DNA of 64,000 nucleotides from Alphaproteobacteria bacterium (GTDB lineage Bacteria; Pseudomonadota; Alphaproteobacteria; UBA828): NCBI GenBank assembly GCA_965220745.1, contig CBDCQT010000012.1, positions 672,001 to 736,000 of the forward strand, read 5' to 3'. Shown piece by piece: positions 57,708 to 64,000 of this stretch (position 1 is its first letter; each line of letters starts with the position of its first letter). The notes under the pieces were generated by a model. It saw only the letters and a program-made list of their open reading frames with translations, ran no database searches and was not told where the DNA came from. The position numbers and the translations under genes were made by a program.

Positions 57708-58886
57708 ATGCGAAATGTCGACGACGATCCCCCGGTCATCACGCTGAGCGCAGGGCCCGTCGACGCGTATCCGGTCGTCCTGCGGGCGCTGTCGCGGCCC
57801 GTCACCTACGACTTCGACCCCTCATTCCAGAATTTTTATGAATCGACGGTCCTGAAGACTGCCGAGTCGCTGCGCACCGCGTTGCCGCCGGTGATCCTGA
57901 TGGGCGAGCCGGTGCTCGGGCTCGAAGCCGCCGCTGCCGCCCTGATCGGCGCCGACGACGCGGTGCTGAACCTCGCCTCCGGCGAGTACGGCAAGGGCTT
58001 CGGATTCTGGGCCGCGCGCCATTGCCGGGAGCTGGTCGAGATCGTGGCGCCCTACGACGACGCCATCGATCCGGACGCGGTCAGCGACATGTTGAAGGCC
58101 CGGCCCGATATTCGAATCCTCTCCGTCTGCCATCACGACACGCCGTCGGGCACGGTCAATCCCGTGCGCGAGATCGGCGCGATCTGCCGCGATCACGACG
58201 TGCTGACCATCGTGGACGCAGTCTCCTCCTTCGGCGGAATGGACGTTCACCCCGAGGACATCCACGCCGACATTTTCGTGACCGGCCCCAACAAGTGCCT
58301 CGGCGGCAGCACTGGGCTTTCCATTGTCCACGTCAGCGAGCGCGCCTGGGCGAAGATCGATGCCAACCCCGCCGCGCCGACGGACTCCGTGCTGAGCCTC
58401 AAGGACTGGCGGGATGCCTGGCGTGCCGATGTTCTGTTCCCCTACACGCCCTCCGTCTCCGAGGTCCACGCGCTGGACGCGGCGGTCCAGAACTATCTCG
58501 ACGAGGGGCCGGAGGCGGTGTGGGCGCGGCACGCGCTGACGGCGCGCGCCTGCCGCGCGGGCGTGCGCGCCATGGGTCTCGAGCTCTGGCCCGTGCGCGA
58601 GTCGATTTGCGCCGACACCGCGACCACGGTGCGGGTGCCGGAGGGGCTGGAGGACGCCGCGATCCGGCAGGCGGCACGCCGGCTCTACGGCGTGGTCTTC
58701 TCCGCAGGCCGGGGCTCGCTGCTGGGCAAGCTGGTACGGATCGGCCACATGGGGCCGGTGGCGCGGCCGATCTTCGCGACCGTGGCCGTGACTGCGCTCG
58801 GCGGCGCGGTCGCTGCGCTGGGGAGAAAGGCCGACGTGGGGGCCGGGGTCGAGGCTGCGCTCGCGGTGATCGACGGCGCGGGCTAA
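57708..58886 (+). CDS. class V aminotransferase, pyridoxamine-pyruvate transaminase-like
   Basis: GEPVLGLEAAAA, YGKGFGFWA, CHHDTPSGT, TGPNKCLG, EGPEAVWARHALTA match the M. loti PPAT as I recall it. Confidence 0.82.
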   Translation: MRNVDDDPPVITLSAGPVDAYPVVLRALSRPVTYDFDPSFQNFYESTVLKTAESLRTALPPVILMGEPVLGLEAAAAALIGADDAVLNLASGEYGKGFGFWAARHCRELVEIVAPYDDAIDPDAVSDMLKARPDIRILSVCHHDTPSGTVNPVREIGAICRDHDVLTIVDAVSSFGGMDVHPEDIHADIFVTGPNKCLGGSTGLSIVHVSERAWAKIDANPAAPTDSVLSLKDWRDAWRADVLFPYTPSVSEVHALDAAVQNYLDEGPEAVWARHALTARACRAGVRAMGLELWPVRESICADTATTVRVPEGLEDAAIRQAARRLYGVVFSAGRGSLLGKLVRIGHMGPVARPIFATVAVTALGGAVAALGRKADVGAGVEAALAVIDGAG

Positions 58887-59872
58887 ATCCCCGGTAGCAC
58901 CTCGCTACCGAGAATCTCCAGCTGCGTCGGCAGCTCTTCGGACGGCACGACGCAGAGCACGACCTTGGTCGCGCCCGCGTCGAACAGCGCCTCGACGCCG
59001 CTGCGGCAGTCGGCCGGCCGGCCGGCGACCGCGAGCCAGTCCAGCCACTCGTCCGGCATCCCGGCCTCGATCGCCGCAGCCCCGCCCTTGTCGATCAATC
59101 CAACGAGCGCGTCGTTGGCATCGTAGACGCCGGTGATCAGCGTCGGGCCCATGGCCCCAAGATAAAGGGCGATCAAGGGGCGCACCTTGGCTCGAGCGGC
59201 GGCACGATCCTCGCCTACGCTGGTGATGGCATAGGTGACGAGTTGGAAGTCCTCCGGCAGCCCGTGCGCCCGCCGGACCTTCGCAATCCGCTCCCGCACG
59301 GTCGCGACGTAGCGCGGGCCCGCCATCGCGGAGAGCACCATCCCGTCGGCAATCTCGGCGCAGAGATCGACCGATTTAGGCCCGACGGCGGCGCCCAGCA
59401 CCTGAAGGTCGGGCGCGGGATGGGTGAGCGAGACCGCATCGTAGCCGTAGTAGGCGCCGGTCTGCGTGAGGGTCTCGCCCGCGAACAGGCGCTTCACGCC
59501 GGTGATCGCCTCGCGCATCGAGCCCAGCACCGATTTCGGCGTGAGGTGCATTTGCGCAACCCAGAGCGGCACGCCATGGCCGATGCCGAGGGTAAAGCGG
59601 CCCGGATAGGCGTTCGCCAGTGTTGAGGCTTCCATGGCGGTGACGGCCGGATGACGCGCCCGGTTGGAGACCGCGCCGATGCCCACGTCCACTGCTTCGG
59701 TGGCCTGGAGCGCCATCGCGGCGCTGGCGAAACCCGACAGCATGAAATAGTCCTCGGCGAACCAGAGGTCGGAGAAGCCGCAGCGTTCGACCTGCCGACT
59801 CAGGCTCACAATATCGGCGGGCGCGACGTCGCCGAGGATGAAGACGCCCATGGGGCGGGAGGCGGTGGGCAT
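58883..59872 (-). CDS. LLM-class flavin-dependent oxidoreductase
   Basis: GFSDLWFAED, RHPAVTAMEA, GRFTLGIG, AAVGPK...ADG. Confidence 0.88.
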   Translation of the reverse strand: MPTASRPMGVFILGDVAPADIVSLSRQVERCGFSDLWFAEDYFMLSGFASAAMALQATEAVDVGIGAVSNRARHPAVTAMEASTLANAYPGRFTLGIGHGVPLWVAQMHLTPKSVLGSMREAITGVKRLFAGETLTQTGAYYGYDAVSLTHPAPDLQVLGAAVGPKSVDLCAEIADGMVLSAMAGPRYVATVRERIAKVRRAHGLPEDFQLVTYAITSVGEDRAAARAKVRPLIALYLGAMGPTLITGVYDANDALVGLIDKGGAAAIEAGMPDEWLDWLAVAGRPADCRSGVEALFDAGATKVVLCVVPSEELPTQLEILGSEVLPGI

Positions 59873-59884
59873 GGATGTCGCTCC

Positions 59885-61207
59885 TTACCAGTTCATGTAG
59901 GCCTGCACGGCTTCGTCCGGCACCAGCCCGGCGGCAACATCGCCGAGCGACTGGTCAATGATGGCGAGGCCCTCCTCGCACTCCGCATCGCTCAGGGTGA
60001 GCGGCGGCGTGATCTCCAGCACGTTCGCCTCAAGGCCCACGTAGATGAAGCTCGCGCCGAGCTCGTAGGCGCGGACGATCACCTTGGCCGTCGTGGTGGC
60101 CGGGACGGGCGTCCGGCTCTCCCGGTCATCCACCAGGTCGACTCCGATGGCGAGACCGCGCCCGCGCACGTCGCCGATCATCTCGTGCCGCTCGGCGAGC
60201 TTCCTTAGACCCTCTGCCAGCGCCGTGCCCACGCGCTCCGCACGGCTCGGAAGATCCTCGTCGAGCACGGTGCGGAGCACCGCGAGACCTGCGGCGGTGC
60301 AGACCGGATTGCCGCCCGTGGTCTGGATCGCGAAGGCGGGGCGGTGGTCCATGATTGAGGCGGGGCCGATCAGTGCGGACAGCGGCAGGCCGCCGCCGAG
60401 ACCCTTGCCGAGGACGACCATGTCGGGCTCCAGCCCCTCGTGGCTGAAGGCGTGCAGCGCTCCCGAGCGGCCCAGGCCGACCTTGACCTCGTCGAGGACG
60501 GTGAGGATGCCGTGGCGCCGGCAGCGCTCCTCCAGGGCCTTGAGGAAGCCTGCGGGCGGCACGATCAGGCCGCCGTCGGACATGATCGGCTCGATGAAGA
60601 TGGCCGCCACCTGTTCGGGAGGGCAGGTCGTCTCGAACTGGTAGTCCAGCATGTCGAGCACGTCGTCGGCGCTGAAGCGCGGCCGGTAGGGGTCGGGGTA
60701 GGGCAGCAGCACGAGGCCCGGCCGGGGCAGGGTGTGGGTCATCGCGGTGTGGCCCGAGATGCTCATCGAGCCCGCCACGCCGCCGTGATAGGAACCGATG
60801 AAGGAGATGAAGCGGTGGCGGCCGGTCGCCGCCTCAAGCACGCGGGAGGCCGCGTCGTTGGCGTCGGAGCCGGAGTGGCCGTACCAGACGCGCCGCTCGG
60901 CGTCTCCAGGCATCGTCTCTAGCAGCACCTCGGCGAGGGCGGTGGCCGACTCGTTCGGATACATCAGCAGACTCGCGCCCGCCATGTCGGCCATCGCCTT
61001 GGTCACGGCCTCGATCACGGCGGGATGGCCGTAGCCGAGGCTCGCCGCCGTCGCCGAGGCGGAGAGGTCGAGGATGGTGCGGCCGTCGTCGGCCGTGAGG
61101 TACGACCCGTGCCCGCCGCGCGCCGCCAGCGGGTTGAAGCGGAGCTTCTGAATGCCTGCGATCGCGGCGTCGTCACGCTCGCCGAGCGTCAGGTTCGAGT
61201 TCGCCAT
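59885..61207 (-). CDS. class III PLP enzyme, alpha-amino-epsilon-caprolactam racemase-like
   Basis: QKLRF.PL, GHSGSDAN, EPIMSDGG, DEVKVG, LGKGLGGGLP, C-terminal Trp. Confidence 0.8.
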   Translation of the reverse strand: MANSNLTLGERDDAAIAGIQKLRFNPLAARGGHGSYLTADDGRTILDLSASATAASLGYGHPAVIEAVTKAMADMAGASLLMYPNESATALAEVLLETMPGDAERRVWYGHSGSDANDAASRVLEAATGRHRFISFIGSYHGGVAGSMSISGHTAMTHTLPRPGLVLLPYPDPYRPRFSADDVLDMLDYQFETTCPPEQVAAIFIEPIMSDGGLIVPPAGFLKALEERCRRHGILTVLDEVKVGLGRSGALHAFSHEGLEPDMVVLGKGLGGGLPLSALIGPASIMDHRPAFAIQTTGGNPVCTAAGLAVLRTVLDEDLPSRAERVGTALAEGLRKLAERHEMIGDVRGRGLAIGVDLVDDRESRTPVPATTTAKVIVRAYELGASFIYVGLEANVLEITPPLTLSDAECEEGLAIIDQSLGDVAAGLVPDEAVQAYMNW

Positions 61208-61273
61208 CACCAAGCCTCCATCGTTCCGCCCCCGCGTGGCCCGTGCCCCCGATTGCCGGCGGCGGACGCGGGC

Positions 61274-61999
61274 TCACGCCATGTGGGGCGCGAGCGCCTC
61301 GCGCAGCACCGGTGCCACCGCGTCGATCCCCGGCGTGTCGGAATGGATGCACACGGTCTCCGCCCGGATGGGCACGTCGACGCCTTCGACCGACGTGACC
61401 ATGCCCTCCTCGATGGCGCGCAGGGTGCGCCTGGCGGTCGCGGCCGGCTCGTAGGGCTCGTGCTCGCGCGTGATGATGAGGTTGCAGTCGCGGTCGTATT
61501 CCAGGTCGGCGTAGAACTCGGGCCACCAAGGCAGGCCGCGCCGGGTGTAGACGGTGTCGTGCATCGTGCCGCCCTGGCCGATCAGCGGCACGCCGAAGAC
61601 TTCGGCCGCATCGGCTGCGGCCTCGGCGCAATGCTCGTACTTCGAGGTCATACCGAAGAGCGCGCCATGGGGCTTGATGTGGTTGAGGGTGGAGCCGGCC
61701 GCCTTGAGGAATCCGCTGAGCGCGCCGACTTGGTAGATCAGCAGGTCGCGCAGCTCCTCCCGCTCCATCTGCATCTCGCGCCGCCCGAAACCCTGGCGGT
61801 CGGGGAGGGACGGGTGCGCGCCCACCTTGACCCCGTGCTCCAGCGCGAGGCGGACGGTCGCGTGCATCACTGTCGGGTCCGAGGCATGGAAGCCGCAGGC
61901 GACGTTGGCGATGCTGATGAACGGCATGATCCGCTCATCGTTGCCGAAGGTGTAGAGGCCGTACCCCTCGCCGATGTCGCAGTTGATGGTGACCGCCAT
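61274..61999 (-). CDS. pxpA: LamB/YcsF (PxpA family), copy 2
   Basis: INCDIGEGYG, NVACGFHASDP, HIKPHGAL, CIHSDTP. Confidence 0.9.
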   Translation of the reverse strand: MAVTINCDIGEGYGLYTFGNDERIMPFISIANVACGFHASDPTVMHATVRLALEHGVKVGAHPSLPDRQGFGRREMQMEREELRDLLIYQVGALSGFLKAAGSTLNHIKPHGALFGMTSKYEHCAEAAADAAEVFGVPLIGQGGTMHDTVYTRRGLPWWPEFYADLEYDRDCNLIITREHEPYEPAATARRTLRAIEEGMVTSVEGVDVPIRAETVCIHSDTPGIDAVAPVLREALAPHMA

Positions 62000-62145
62000 G
62001 GCGTACTCCCACTTCGCTGTGGCGAGGAACACTGCACGGGCATGGGCAGGCAGTCAAAGCGGATCGGCGATCCGGCCGGGTGCCGTTGGTGCGCCCCATG
62101 CGGCGGGATAGACTGGCCGGGACCGGAAGGGCAGGGAGGCCGACC

Positions 62146-63540
62146 ATGGGCGACGGTTTCGTTCATCCTTATGTGCCGAATGCGGCGCCGGAGCCGCGGC
62201 GGAAGCTGCTGGACGCCATCGGCGTCGGCGACGTGACGGAGCTTTACGCCGCGATTCCGGAGGCGCTCAGGGTCAAGGGGCTGCTCGACCTACCGCCGGC
62301 GCTGCCCGGCGAACAGGACGTACGGCGGCACCTGGAGGAGATCGTCGCCCGCAACCAGCCCTGCACCGGGACCTGGCTCAACTTCTGCGGCGCCGGCTGC
62401 GCCCAGCACTACGTGCCGGCGATCGTGGACGAGATCGTCCATCGCGGCGAGTTTCTCACGGCCTACGGCGGCGGCACCTACTCGGACCACGGCAAGAACC
62501 AGGCGCTCTTCGAGTTTCAGAGCCTGATCGGCGAGCTGGTGGGCATGGAGGTGGTCTCGACCCCCGTCTACGACGCCGGTGCCGCGACCGGCAGCGCCGT
62601 GACCATGGCCTGCCGCATCACCGGTAGGCGCGGCGTGCTGGTGCCGGAGACCATGAGCGCCGACCGGCGCTCGCAGCTCATCGGCTTCGCCAAGCCCTTC
62701 GCGACCATCGAGACCGTGGCCCGCGATCCCGCAACTGGGCTGATCGACCTCGCCGACCTCCGCGCCAAGGTCTCGGCCGAGACTGCGGCCGTGGTGATCG
62801 AGAGTCCAGGCTATCTCGGACTGATCGAGACCCAGGCCGCGGCTATTGCCGATATCGCCCACGAGGCCGGCGCCATGCTGATCGCCGGCGTCGACCCCAT
62901 CTCCCTCGGTGTGCTCGCGGCGCCCGCCGACTACGGCGCAGACCTGGCGGTGGGCGACCTGCAGCCGCTCGGCATCCACATGTATGCGGGCGGCGGCAAC
63001 GGCGGCTTCATCGCGAGCCGGGACGAATCCCGCTTTGTCTCCGAGTATCCCTCAATTCTTTTCAGCATCGCGCCGGCGGTAGGGGGGGAGGGCTTCGGCT
63101 TCGCCTGGTCCACCATGGAGCGCACCTCCTACGACACCCGCCACGACGCCACCGACTACGCCGGCACGACCCAGTGGGTCTGGGGCATCGGGGTCGCGGT
63201 CTATCTCTCGCTCATGGGGCCGGAGGGCATGGCCGAGCTCGGCCGCGGCATCATGCAGCGCGCCTGCTATACGGCGGAGCGGATCGCGGCGCTCCCCGGC
63301 GTCGCGGTGCCGCACCTGGGACAGCCGTTCTTCAAGGAGTTCGTGGTCGATTTCTCCGGCACGGGCAAGACGGTCGCGGCCGTCAACGCCGCGCTGCTTG
63401 AGGCCGAGATTCACGGCGGCAAGGACCTGAGCGGCGAGTTCCCGGCGTTAGGCCAGTCGGCCCTCTATTGCGTGACCGAGCTGCACGGAGAGGCCGAGAT
63501 CGAGAGACTGGTCTCCGCGCTCGGGGAGGCGGTCCGATGA
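62146..63540 (+). CDS. gcvPA: glycine dehydrogenase (decarboxylating) subunit 1-like
   Basis: HPYVPN, FCGAG, EFLTAY, QALFEFQS, GDLQPLG, CVTE. Confidence 0.85.
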   Translation: MGDGFVHPYVPNAAPEPRRKLLDAIGVGDVTELYAAIPEALRVKGLLDLPPALPGEQDVRRHLEEIVARNQPCTGTWLNFCGAGCAQHYVPAIVDEIVHRGEFLTAYGGGTYSDHGKNQALFEFQSLIGELVGMEVVSTPVYDAGAATGSAVTMACRITGRRGVLVPETMSADRRSQLIGFAKPFATIETVARDPATGLIDLADLRAKVSAETAAVVIESPGYLGLIETQAAAIADIAHEAGAMLIAGVDPISLGVLAAPADYGADLAVGDLQPLGIHMYAGGGNGGFIASRDESRFVSEYPSILFSIAPAVGGEGFGFAWSTMERTSYDTRHDATDYAGTTQWVWGIGVAVYLSLMGPEGMAELGRGIMQRACYTAERIAALPGVAVPHLGQPFFKEFVVDFSGTGKTVAAVNAALLEAEIHGGKDLSGEFPALGQSALYCVTELHGEAEIERLVSALGEAVR

Positions 63541-64000
63541 CAGACCGTATCGGAGGCGGCTTTCACGCCGCGCACTGGGACGAGCCCCTGATCGACGAAA
63601 TCCCTGGCGACGGCGGGCGGGGCCTGCTGCCGCCCAAGGTGGACGACGCCATCGCCGATGCCGTGGGCGATGTTGCCGCGGCGCTGCCCGAAGGCGTGCG
63701 CCGCGCCGCGCCGCCGGCGCTGCCCGCGCTGCCGCAGCACCGGGTGCTCCGGCACTTCCTGCGGCTCTCGCAGATGGCCATGGGCTTCGACGTGACCGTC
63801 GACATGATGGGCACCTGCACCATGAAATACAGCCCCAAGGTGCACGAATACGTCGCGCGGCTGCCCAGCTTCGCCGACGTCCACCCCCTGCAGGACCCGG
63901 AGACGCTGCAAGGCACGCTGGAGATCCTCTATCGCTTCAACCGCATGATGTGCGAGATCGCCGGCATGGATGCCTTCACCTTCCAGCCGGCGAGCGGGGC
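63537..64000 (+). CDS. gcvPB: glycine dehydrogenase subunit 2-like, 5' part
   Basis: Hand translation ...VLRHFLRLSQ...GTCTMKYSPK...HPLQDPETLQG...FQPASG; ATGA overlap. Confidence 0.85.
   Translation, partial: MTDRIGGGFHAAHWDEPLIDEIPGDGGRGLLPPKVDDAIADAVGDVAAALPEGVRRAAPPALPALPQHRVLRHFLRLSQMAMGFDVTVDMMGTCTMKYSPKVHEYVARLPSFADVHPLQDPETLQGTLEILYRFNRMMCEIAGMDAFTFQPASG

Overview
High-GC alphaproteobacterial chromosome segment (Rhodospirillales/Kiloniellales-like by gene content; inference). Housekeeping blocks: tatABC, secB-fxsA-timA-mltA-smr with lutABC inserted, ispH-hpnH, dxs-shc-hpnG and gcvPA/PB. Many amide, lactam and N-heterocycle catabolic genes: N,N-dimethylformamidase, tandem hydantoinases, urtABCDE-amiE, pxpABC, an aminocaprolactam-racemase homolog, pyridoxamine-pyruvate transaminase, an adenine-deaminase-like protein and three LLM oxidoreductases. 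There are three lower-GC accessory islets. The most notable (24.3-25.6 kb) encodes a 42-aa secreted four-Cys micropeptide missing from the ORF track, followed by a lipoprotein whose motif layout resembles bacterial gasdermin, with no protease partner. Another (47.6-50.5 kb) is a direct-repeat-flanked cassette with a Panacea antitoxin and a two-TM gene split by an intact IS1380, lying next to an orphan Mu gp27-like gene and Phd/VapC modules. No rRNA, tRNA or CRISPR array was seen. All family calls come from motif recognition by eye and from memory, not from database searches.
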